64,000 nucleotides of DNA from Candidatus Bathyarchaeota archaeon (GTDB lineage Archaea > Thermoproteota > CALKCG01 > B24 > DRYS01). Positions 37,808 to 46,475 of the stretch are shown piece after piece. The first letter of the stretch is position 1, and each line of letters begins with the position of its first letter. The position numbers and the translations under genes are program-made. The stretch spans positions 64,001 to 128,000 of the forward strand of contig JAGTQC010000002.1 of NCBI GenBank assembly GCA_018396535.1. Direction: 5' to 3'. Below the pieces are notes generated by a model, which worked only from the letters and a program-made list of their open reading frames with translations, had not been told where the DNA came from and made no database searches.

Positions 37808-38830
37808 GTGATTACTAGACTGCGACGGGTTATAACGATAGATCGGGATAGCGGAATACCTCTTATAGGATGTATAGCTTTCGGTATCATAGATAGGGGT
37901 ACGAATATACTTCAAGTTAGACCTACGACTATATGTAATCTTTCATGTATATACTGCTCCACGGATGCTGGACCTAAATCACGATATAGACTAACAGAGT
38001 ATGTAGTTAACCTAGACTACCTGTATGATTGGGTTATAGAAGTTGTGAGATATAAGGGATCTAGAGGTATAGAAATCCATATAGATACTGTTGGAGAACC
38101 TACAACATACCCGTATCTCGCCGATCTGGTCCAGAAGCTATCATCTATAAAGGGGGTTGACGTCGTATCTATGCAGAGTAATGGTACACTTCTAGATGAA
38201 AAAAGGCTTGAGGATCTAAGAGATGCAGGGTTATCGAGGTTGAATCTATCCATAGACACTTTGGATTCAGAAAAGGCTAAGATTATAGCTGGAACAGAGG
38301 ATTACGATATAGAGAAGGTTAAAGCTATAGCTGAATACGTTACGAGTATAAACGGTTTGGATCTGCTTATAGCGCCTGTATGGGTACCGGGTATTAACGA
38401 TCAAGATATACCAGAGATAATAGAGTATGCTTTAAGAATAGGTGCTGGTAAGAAGTGGCCTCCCTTAGGTATACAGAAGTATGAAGCACATAAGAGGGGG
38501 AGAAAACCATCTAGCATTAAACCATTCTCATGGACTAGATTCTATAGAGAGTTGCATAGATTAGAGAAGAAGTATGGTATTAAGCTTATTTTGAAACCGG
38601 AGGACTTTGGTATACATCCTAGACCCACGATACCATCACCCTTCACTACTGGTATGAAGATCAAAGCTGAAATCGTAGCTTCAGGATGGCTTAAAGGTGA
38701 GGTATTAGCTGTAGCTAAGGGTAGAGCTATAACTGTAGTAGATGCCAGCGATGAGCTCATAGGTAGACGCGCATATCTACGGATTATAAGCTGCAAACAT
38801 AATATATACTTGGCTAGAATTGAAGGTTAA
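37808..38830 (+). CDS. Radical SAM protein with C-terminal TRAM-like domain (COG2100-like)
   Basis: FGIIDRGTN, CNLSCIYC, GEP and a C-terminal beta domain. Confidence 0.88.
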   Translation: MITRLRRVITIDRDSGIPLIGCIAFGIIDRGTNILQVRPTTICNLSCIYCSTDAGPKSRYRLTEYVVNLDYLYDWVIEVVRYKGSRGIEIHIDTVGEPTTYPYLADLVQKLSSIKGVDVVSMQSNGTLLDEKRLEDLRDAGLSRLNLSIDTLDSEKAKIIAGTEDYDIEKVKAIAEYVTSINGLDLLIAPVWVPGINDQDIPEIIEYALRIGAGKKWPPLGIQKYEAHKRGRKPSSIKPFSWTRFYRELHRLEKKYGIKLILKPEDFGIHPRPTIPSPFTTGMKIKAEIVASGWLKGEVLAVAKGRAITVVDASDELIGRRAYLRIISCKHNIYLARIEG

Positions 38831-38873
38831 CGCTGCGCTTTATCTACACATTCAACTTTGTTGATTGTAATGT

Positions 38874-38907
38874 AGGTATTTAAATACCTGTGTAATATAT
38901 TACACAG
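38874..38907 (+). promoter_or_regulatory. TATA box inside a perfect 16-bp palindrome, followed by a perfect 20-bp palindromic operator
   Basis: AGGTATTTAAATACCT (38874-38889) and CTGTGTAATATATTACACAG (38888-38907), ending 6 nt before the ATG at 38914. Confidence 0.7.
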
Positions 38908-38913
38908 AGTGAT

Positions 38914-39714
38914 ATGAAGCTACATGGGATACCAGCTAAAAGGATAGCTGTGATAGCTGTATTCACAGCGCTAACCATAGCGATAGCTAAACTTCTACCG
39001 AATATACCTATAGTAGGTTTACCACAAGGCCAGGGTAGTATATCTCCATCGGTCATCCTCTATCCTATTATGGGGTTAATCCTGGGACCATCCTTGGGGT
39101 TAGTAACAGCTTTGATAGCTAATACTATAATCTGGATAATACCTCCTCAAACTATATTTGGTCTTCTCACCATACCAGCGGGAGGGGTTGCTGCGTATAT
39201 TACAGGATCCATAGCTAGAAGGCCTAATACTGGATGGGTAAAAGCTGCTATCGTAGCAGCAATACTCATAGGATGCTGGTATGTTACGCCTATAGGGTTT
39301 GAAGCACCATTCTACCCGATACCTCTTCATAGTGTAGCTTTAGCTTTAACGCTAGTATTCAACCGTAGGATTCACACTTGGATAGAGGAATCTGGTAGAG
39401 GGTATAGACAGATCCTGGCTTTACTCATAGCATGTTTTGCAGGTATCATGGCAGATCATATGTGGGGTAACCTTATGTTCATATTAGGAGTAGGCTTATA
39501 TATACCTATGAAGACTATACGTGACACTCTAAATGCTATAGGTGTCCTAGCTGTTAAGATGGGGTTACCTAACATACCTCTTAGAGGTCTTGGCGATTTA
39601 TTTATGGTAATGCTACCAGTTTCAGCTATAGAGAGAGTTATTATGACGATTATATCAGCTATGATAGGTTTAGCCGTATTCAAAGCTATGAAAGTTTATC
39701 TAATGAGGATATAG
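38914..39714 (+). CDS. Solitary ECF transporter S-component-like membrane protein
   Basis: IAVIAVFTAL AxxxA helix 1, GLILGPxxG, multiple TM helices and a final ER motif. Confidence 0.7.
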   Translation: MKLHGIPAKRIAVIAVFTALTIAIAKLLPNIPIVGLPQGQGSISPSVILYPIMGLILGPSLGLVTALIANTIIWIIPPQTIFGLLTIPAGGVAAYITGSIARRPNTGWVKAAIVAAILIGCWYVTPIGFEAPFYPIPLHSVALALTLVFNRRIHTWIEESGRGYRQILALLIACFAGIMADHMWGNLMFILGVGLYIPMKTIRDTLNAIGVLAVKMGLPNIPLRGLGDLFMVMLPVSAIERVIMTIISAMIGLAVFKAMKVYLMRI

Positions 39715-40770
39715 AATCTTAGCATACTCCAATCCGGCATATTCGAGTGTACCCAAAACTAGCCTATAATATATTCTACCCTTCTTTCTATCGTACACCT
39801 CTTCAAGCTTAGCCTTTACTTCTATTCTATCACCGATCTGAAAGGCTGAGGAGAAGAATCCATCGAAAGATACTAGCTCCTCTATGTTACATATACCATT
39901 ACCTTCAAGCCATTCTAGTACGGATATAGAATATATCGCAGGTAAAAATATACCATCTCGGTCATCCACTACCTCTGCCACAACCTTAGCTAAACCTTTA
40001 TGTCTGTAAATTCTATCTCCATATCTCTCATCTACATATAGACGTTCAGGATGCACAGAGAAGTATACATCATCGAATACGCCTCTCTGCCATACCCTAT
40101 CGTATATCTTTCTAAGATCATCCACGCTTAAAGGGTAATATTGTATCTTCTCATTGATAGACTTATCTATATGGCTCTGCGGGATAGACTTGATAACTCC
40201 ACTCTTTTTAAGATCTAGTAAAGCCTCCCTAACCTTTATGGATTCATCTAAACCGTAGACTGTTAGATCTATATCAGAGAACCGTGGATTATGTATCCCT
40301 ACGAGTATGGAGCCTGTTACGCCGAAGAATTCTAAAGGTATACCTGTAGAATCTATGAGAATCTCTACTAGCTTCGTAAGCTTATCTTCTAATATATCGT
40401 CTGCCCCTCTATGCATAATCTCTTCCAGTTTTTCTTCAGGTTTAAAATGTCTAACTATCCTTTCGATAGGTATACATGGCATATTTATACCCCATGCGTC
40501 GATATAACGTACATAATACGGATACTTATCCAACAGTCTTATGGATTCCCTTAACGATAGCATACTATAGACTTTCATTAATCTCTCATAGTTTAATCCA
40601 TCTCTACTTCTCCAGATAGATCCTGAAGATTCACTTGTAGCTATATATCTCGGATAGGCTACTACACAGCCATCTGGATGCACCTCACCTACTATGCAAA
40701 AGAGAATGTTCTCAGCGGTCTCTAAGAAATCTCTATTTTTAAATCGATTATATCTACGTATAGTATTCAA
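39700..40770 (-). CDS. Archaeal nucleotidyltransferase (COG1665-like)
   Basis: RDF, HP, AYPRY and GVTGSILVG...SDIDL pol-beta NTase motif. Confidence 0.82.
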   Translation of the reverse strand: MNTIRRYNRFKNRDFLETAENILFCIVGEVHPDGCVVAYPRYIATSESSGSIWRSRDGLNYERLMKVYSMLSLRESIRLLDKYPYYVRYIDAWGINMPCIPIERIVRHFKPEEKLEEIMHRGADDILEDKLTKLVEILIDSTGIPLEFFGVTGSILVGIHNPRFSDIDLTVYGLDESIKVREALLDLKKSGVIKSIPQSHIDKSINEKIQYYPLSVDDLRKIYDRVWQRGVFDDVYFSVHPERLYVDERYGDRIYRHKGLAKVVAEVVDDRDGIFLPAIYSISVLEWLEGNGICNIEELVSFDGFFSSAFQIGDRIEVKAKLEEVYDRKKGRIYYRLVLGTLEYAGLEYAKILYPH

Positions 40771-40815
40771 CCCTGAATCTTGGATAAATCATCTTAACGT
40801 TTAAAAATCTACCTT

Positions 40816-42681
40816 ATGAAAAACTATTCTAGGGTAAGCAGTGGATCCATGCCTAAACATATATCGTGGTGTCTAGATTGCGGTGTACCTCTGCTACAGA
40901 AGGTATGCGGAATATGTGGTAGTGTAGGTATAGATGTAAGGCTTACAGGTTTAGCCGATCCTAGACCTGCTTTCGAGGGGGATATAAAGCATATAGATGA
41001 AGGATTGAGGAACAGCTTCGACGTAGGTATTCATGAGGTTGGGTTAGATGGAGTACCTATAATCGTTAATAGGATACCATATATGGATGAAGCATTTGAG
41101 GTAGTAGTAGGCGGAGCTATCATAGCGCATGTATTCTTCGATTTATATATTCTGAAGTGGAAATTGAAACCATTCAGATGGTTTTGTAAAATCCTACTTG
41201 ATAAGGGGTTGCTACCTTCTATCAAGTTAAACTGTAAGCCTAAGAGTAAAGGTGTAATCGAACATCTATCTAATTTCAGTAGCTTAGATCGTGGTTATTT
41301 AGCTCTCATAGATAGAGATGGATGCGTGATAGGTTTAGCTGAAGCGGATGATAGGCATATATACATCCTTAAAACATGGGGTAGGGAGGAATGTGAGAAG
41401 CCTATAATTAGACGTAGAAGCTTAGATGATATTCTTAAAGCAAACGTTAGAGAAGTGGAAATGGCTAGATCGAGGGCATGCAAATTCACAGTTAAAATGA
41501 AGGAGAGATTTCATTCATCGTATCTCACCCTGGCATACTCAGGTGGTAAGGATAGTTTAGCTACTCTATCGATAGCATTAGAAGCAGGCTTGGATCCTAT
41601 ACTCATATTTAATGATACAGGACTAGAGCTGCCTGAAACGGTAGATAACGTTCATAGAGTAGCTGATAGATTCTCCTTAGATATCTTAGAAGCATCGGCA
41701 GGGGATTCCTTCTGGAGCTATCTAGACATATATGGCCCTCCAGCTAGGGATTACAGATGGTGTTGTAAATTATGTAAGCTGATACCTATGAATAGACTCT
41801 ATAGAAGGGTTGGTGAAGCTCTAAGCTTCATAGGACAAAGAAGGTTTGAGTCTAGAAGACGTAGCCGATCTGGAAGTGTAGGACGTAATAAACTCCTACC
41901 TAACGTAATCTATTGTGCACCTATAAACGATTGGACTATGCTACATGTATGGCTATATCTTAGGAGGGTTAAACTCGATTCGTATGCTAACCCTTTATAT
42001 CGTGAAGGATTCGATAGAATAGGATGCTACCTATGTCCATACTGTAATGTAGCTGAATTTAGGGAGGTTGAGAGACTGCATGAGGAGCTATGGCATAGAT
42101 GGATGAAATACATAGATGCATGGGCTTCGAAACATAGCTATAACCAGGTATACGTAGAGAGGCATTTATGGAGGTGGGTTAATATACCATCGAAGATAGC
42201 GAATTCTTTCAGTATAAATCGCCCTACTAGGATTGATATAGACGATAAGATCGGATACTCTAGGATGAGGTTATGCTATGGTAAAGCTATAAAGCTTAGT
42301 ATACCTAAATGGTTTGATCTAAGTCTTATGGATACTTCATGCTATATATACGGTGTAGATTTCAAGTCGAAGAATGGTCTAGCTATAGCATCATATGATG
42401 ATTCACGTATATACGTCAATATGGATAGGGGGGAGGCTACAATTATATCGAGAGATAATGGTTGGAGAATACTTTTGAAAATACTGATTAGACCTATCTT
42501 CTGCACGAAGTGCGGTTTATGTATCGATGTATGCCCATCTAAAGCGTTATCGCTCTCCAATAAATTCTTATTTGAAAGGAGGGTTTGTACTAGATGTGGT
42601 CTATGTATGCGGGTATGCCCTTCGATAACTATAGGATTTAGATTCTTATCGAAGCGTATAGAATCCGCATGCAGTTTATAG
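40816..42681 (+). CDS. PAPS-reductase-family protein with Zn-ribbon/PUA-like N-terminus and 2[4Fe-4S] C-terminus
   Basis: WCxxCxxP...CxxC, YSGGKDS, RWCCKLCK, RIGCYLCP and two CxxCxxCxxxCP motifs. Confidence 0.88.
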   Translation: MKNYSRVSSGSMPKHISWCLDCGVPLLQKVCGICGSVGIDVRLTGLADPRPAFEGDIKHIDEGLRNSFDVGIHEVGLDGVPIIVNRIPYMDEAFEVVVGGAIIAHVFFDLYILKWKLKPFRWFCKILLDKGLLPSIKLNCKPKSKGVIEHLSNFSSLDRGYLALIDRDGCVIGLAEADDRHIYILKTWGREECEKPIIRRRSLDDILKANVREVEMARSRACKFTVKMKERFHSSYLTLAYSGGKDSLATLSIALEAGLDPILIFNDTGLELPETVDNVHRVADRFSLDILEASAGDSFWSYLDIYGPPARDYRWCCKLCKLIPMNRLYRRVGEALSFIGQRRFESRRRSRSGSVGRNKLLPNVIYCAPINDWTMLHVWLYLRRVKLDSYANPLYREGFDRIGCYLCPYCNVAEFREVERLHEELWHRWMKYIDAWASKHSYNQVYVERHLWRWVNIPSKIANSFSINRPTRIDIDDKIGYSRMRLCYGKAIKLSIPKWFDLSLMDTSCYIYGVDFKSKNGLAIASYDDSRIYVNMDRGEATIISRDNGWRILLKILIRPIFCTKCGLCIDVCPSKALSLSNKFLFERRVCTRCGLCMRVCPSITIGFRFLSKRIESACSL

Positions 42682-42821
42682 AATCGATCCCTTATCTTCA
42701 CGTATATATTTTATACCTGCTAACTTTATATCCTGATAGCTTATCGTGTATGACATGCATAGAAAGGTGTTATAACGATGTTTAAGAAGCTGCTATACAA
42801 TATCCCTTGGAGGGTTAGCGT

Positions 42822-44108
42822 TTGACCAGAATCATAGATATACCATACATATCTAGAGTCGAGGGAAAAGGCTCTCTCGAAATAAGGATAAGTGGAGGAA
42901 CTATAGAAGATTTAAAGTTTAAGATACATGAAGCACCTAGATTTTTTGAAGCATTCCTAATTGGTAGAATGTATTATGAAATTCATGAAATAGTATCTAG
43001 GATATGTGGCGTATGCCCTGTAACTCATCAGATAACAGCTTTAAAATCTATCGAGAAGATACTAGGTTTAGAGCTACCTGAACACATACACCATCTTAGA
43101 GAGCTTATGGCTATAGGTGGCATACTAAGCAGTCATGCTCTACACCTTTTTGCTATGGCTCTACCAGACTATACTGGCCACCCAGATATTATAGCTATGG
43201 CTAGGGATTATCCCGATGTGATTAAAACTGGCTTCAAGATCAAAGAGGTGGGAGATAACCTAGTCGAGATAATAGGTGGTAGGAGTGTACATCCAGTATC
43301 TACGATCGTAGGGGGCTTCACATCTATACCTACACATGAAAGGCTAAGGAGGTTTAAGGATAAACTCATAGAAGCTAAAAACCTAGCTTTAAAATATTCA
43401 AGCTTTATAGTTAATCTCGACTATCCTACGTTCGAACGTAGATCTGAGCATATAGCTTTCTACGATAGTGAGGATTACCCCATAAATAGCGGAGTAGTAA
43501 AGTCTACCGAAGGGTTGGAAATAACAGAAGACGAGTACAGGCGATGGATATATGAAGTTGAGGTAGGATACTCCAACGCTAAGCATTCGTATGTAAGAAA
43601 TAGGGGTAGCTTTATGGTGGGTCCTCTCCCACGTGTAAATATAAACTATCGTAGCCTATCGGATGATGCTAGAGATATATTATCTTCAAGCCCGTTTAAG
43701 TTTCCATGCTTCAACCCGTTTGCATCTAACATAGCTAGATTAGCTGAGATAGTGACGCTGATAGATAAGGCTCTAAGGATTATAGATGAGAAGAAGTTGG
43801 AGGGGGTATCGCATGTGAAGCTTGAACCTAGAGCTGGGGAGTCATCCTCTATAACAGAGGCTCCTAGAGGTATAAATTTCCATAGCTATAGACTAAACGA
43901 TGATGGCGTAGTTACGTATGCATCCATAGCTCCACCTACATGTCAGAATGCAGCTAATATAGAGGCGGATTTAAGGGTATATCTTAAAGAGTATCTAGAT
44001 AGGAGCGATGAAGAGATAGTTCGTAAAAGTGAGATGCTTATTAGAGCGTATGACCCATGTATCTCATGCGCAACCCACTTCCTAGAAGTTAGAGTATCAA
44101 GAGTATAG
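42822..44108 (+). CDS. [NiFe]-hydrogenase large subunit, group 3b (sulfhydrogenase alpha-like)
   Basis: SRVEGKG, L1 RICGVCPVTH, EAPRG, L2 RAYDPCISCATH and a short cleavable tail. Confidence 0.9.
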   Translation: MTRIIDIPYISRVEGKGSLEIRISGGTIEDLKFKIHEAPRFFEAFLIGRMYYEIHEIVSRICGVCPVTHQITALKSIEKILGLELPEHIHHLRELMAIGGILSSHALHLFAMALPDYTGHPDIIAMARDYPDVIKTGFKIKEVGDNLVEIIGGRSVHPVSTIVGGFTSIPTHERLRRFKDKLIEAKNLALKYSSFIVNLDYPTFERRSEHIAFYDSEDYPINSGVVKSTEGLEITEDEYRRWIYEVEVGYSNAKHSYVRNRGSFMVGPLPRVNINYRSLSDDARDILSSSPFKFPCFNPFASNIARLAEIVTLIDKALRIIDEKKLEGVSHVKLEPRAGESSSITEAPRGINFHSYRLNDDGVVTYASIAPPTCQNAANIEADLRVYLKEYLDRSDEEIVRKSEMLIRAYDPCISCATHFLEVRVSRV

Positions 44109-44114
44109 TTTAGT

Positions 44115-45044
44115 TTATTCGAAGTATGGCTTCCTCCTAGCTATAGCTAATAGGAAAAGCTTCTTAAGATCCTCTCTACTAGCTCCACATCTTATAGCCT
44201 CCACTATATTCACATGATTATCATAGCGTAGTAAACATGGTTTAAGTTCTCCTCTAGATGTAACCCTCAATCTATCACAATACTTACAGAAGGTAGGGTT
44301 ATGCATAGGTTTCACAAGTTCAACTATTACACCATTGGGTAGAACATATCTAGGTCTAGCATGACTACTCCTACAATATTTAGCTATAGCTATCCTAGAT
44401 AGAAGAATTTCGACTCTATCTAGCGACACATGAAATTTATCGTATAATTCGTTATCCACTACACCTACTTTTTCAAATTCTATAACCTGTAGCACTGCTC
44501 CAACATTAGCGGCATATCCTATCATATTTGGAATATCATCCTCATTCAAATCTTTCAATAAAACCATATTTATTTTGACAGGGGTTAAACCAGCGTCTAC
44601 AGCGGATTTAACCCCATCTAGAACTCTATCCAGAAGATCGAAACCTGTAATAATCCTGTAAGTCTCCTTATTAATGGTATTAACAGTTATATTGATACGC
44701 TTTAACCCAACCTCTTTAAGCTTATATGCATAATTGGATAAAAGTACACCATTAGTAGTCATCGAAACCTCCTCAATACCATCTAGACTAGATATACGGT
44801 AAATGAGATCCACTATATCCTTTCTCAGCAATGGTTCACCACCAGTAATCTTAACTCTACTTAAACCAAGTTCTGCACCTATACTTACTATAGATACGAG
44901 TTCATCTATATCGACATCACAATTCATACCTACACTATAATTCTCCCCTTCTCTATGACAATATATACATCTGAGATTACATTTATCAGTAACAGCTATC
45001 CTAAGCGTCGTCAATCTTCTACCATAATCATCTACAAGAGACAA
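44115..45044 (-). CDS. moaA: GTP 3',8-cyclase
   Basis: LRIAVTDKCNLRCIYCH, ITGGEP and FCKYCDRLRVT...KPCL. Confidence 0.93.
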   Translation of the reverse strand: MSLVDDYGRRLTTLRIAVTDKCNLRCIYCHREGENYSVGMNCDVDIDELVSIVSIGAELGLSRVKITGGEPLLRKDIVDLIYRISSLDGIEEVSMTTNGVLLSNYAYKLKEVGLKRINITVNTINKETYRIITGFDLLDRVLDGVKSAVDAGLTPVKINMVLLKDLNEDDIPNMIGYAANVGAVLQVIEFEKVGVVDNELYDKFHVSLDRVEILLSRIAIAKYCRSSHARPRYVLPNGVIVELVKPMHNPTFCKYCDRLRVTSRGELKPCLLRYDNHVNIVEAIRCGASREDLKKLFLLAIARRKPYFE

Positions 45045-45218
45045 CTATCTCAGCACCATGTATCTAATTCCAACAGCCGAATCTTAAAAATTATACTGAT
45101 ACCATAGTCTAGATCATAGCTTGCATAGCTTAGCTAGGGAATGGGATTATCATAGCATCCAATACATCACGATCTATAACGCCGGAAAGCTAATATACCG
45201 CCTACTAGGCTTCCTAGT

Positions 45219-45581
45219 TTGAGGGCGAATAACGTGGCATCTGTATCCTTTAAAGCTATCGTAGTCGGTAAGATTCTGGAAAAACTCCCAAGTGGAGAGG
45301 AAGTTGTACGTATAGATTTGGCTGAAGAAAAGCCTGCTACTCCACCCATAATTATGGATACTAGTAGGCTTGAACAATCTGAGATAGCTAGAGAAGTTAT
45401 ACCAGTAGTAAGTCAAGTACTAGCATCTCTACCTATATCTCGTGCTACTATAAGAGTACCTAGAGTTACGATCGTACTCACTATGGATGAGTGGGGTCAG
45501 CTAAAATCTAAACCTGATCTAGGAGATGAAATGACGGTAACGATAGAGGGGGATAGTATACACGTATCTAAATCCATCTAA
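45219..45581 (+). CDS. rkd-1: Arcadin-1 homologue
   Basis: VVGK...VRIDLAEEK...REVIPVVSQVLASLP...VPRVTIVLT...DLGD matches my recollection of Pyrobaculum arcadin-1. The start may be the GTG at 45234. Confidence 0.75.
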   Translation: MRANNVASVSFKAIVVGKILEKLPSGEEVVRIDLAEEKPATPPIIMDTSRLEQSEIAREVIPVVSQVLASLPISRATIRVPRVTIVLTMDEWGQLKSKPDLGDEMTVTIEGDSIHVSKSI

Positions 45582-45999
45582 GTACATATATGTGCGGATT
45601 TATCTTAATCCATTTACGTTCATCGAATAAATATCCTGATTCACCTTCGGTTAAAGGTCTTATTATAAGTGTAGCTTTAACCCTCCGAGCTATATCCTCC
45701 ATATAAGGTATGAGTTCTGGCGGAGGCCTGATAGAGTAAAACATCTCGACATCACGATACTCATCTACGTTCAACCTGGTTACATCATCGAGTTTAACTT
45801 CTAGATCAGGACATGTATGTCGGACATAATCTAAAACTCTTTGATCCCTATCTACGACGATTATCCTAACATGCGGTAAAACCTTTTTGAGAGTACAAGC
45901 AACCCAAGGATTGAACCCTACTCCAAACTCAACTATAGCACCTATACCTCTATACGAATTCACTATAGCCTTGACGATTTCATGCGTATCTAATAGCAT
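45568..45999 (-). CDS. UPF0146-family protein (SAM-methyltransferase-like fold)
   Basis: IVEFGVG, DDV, YSIRPPPEL and IIRPL motifs. Confidence 0.82.
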   Translation of the reverse strand: MLLDTHEIVKAIVNSYRGIGAIVEFGVGFNPWVACTLKKVLPHVRIIVVDRDQRVLDYVRHTCPDLEVKLDDVTRLNVDEYRDVEMFYSIRPPPELIPYMEDIARRVKATLIIRPLTEGESGYLFDERKWIKINPHIYVLRWI

Positions 46000-46018
46000 A
46001 CGATGACCCCTCGAAGAG

Positions 46019-46423
46019 TTAAGAGAAATCCATAAGTCTACGTGCAGCGAGCAGCTCTGGTCTTATCCCTATTTTTGAAGCCTCCTCTAATGATATACTA
46101 TACATTCTCCCTCCTTTCCTAAAATGTTGAGGCGGTATGAAAAACCAGTCATAGCCTGACCCTTTGAACTTAACTGCTATATATGGTGTGGCACCGAATT
46201 TTTCTGAAAATCTTATAAGCCGTTTCAAACCCTCCTCTCCAACGTAAATCTTCTTTCTAGAGGTGGTTTTTACTTCGATAGCTAGAATTAAACCTTTCCG
46301 TCCGGCTATGATATCAGGTCTTTCGATCCTCGTACCACTACCTGAGCTCGGCGCCCTAACTACAGCAAAACCAAGCTTAGATAACTTACGAGCTAGGAGC
46401 CTCTCATAATCTACGCCTTTCAT
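46019..46423 (-). CDS. hjc: Holliday junction resolvase Hjc
   Basis: KGxxYER, GFAVVRAPSSGS, PDIIA and IEVK. Confidence 0.94.
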   Translation of the reverse strand: MKGVDYERLLARKLSKLGFAVVRAPSSGSGTRIERPDIIAGRKGLILAIEVKTTSRKKIYVGEEGLKRLIRFSEKFGATPYIAVKFKGSGYDWFFIPPQHFRKGGRMYSISLEEASKIGIRPELLAARRLMDFS

Positions 46424-46475
46424 AAACCCTAAAATAGGATATACAGGATAGGGGGTTTAAAGATATTATTATAGA

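Noticed and set aside
42822-44108. Selenocysteine-containing [NiFeSe] hydrogenase
   Set aside because: L2 reads DPCISC with Cys codons and there is no in-frame TGA.
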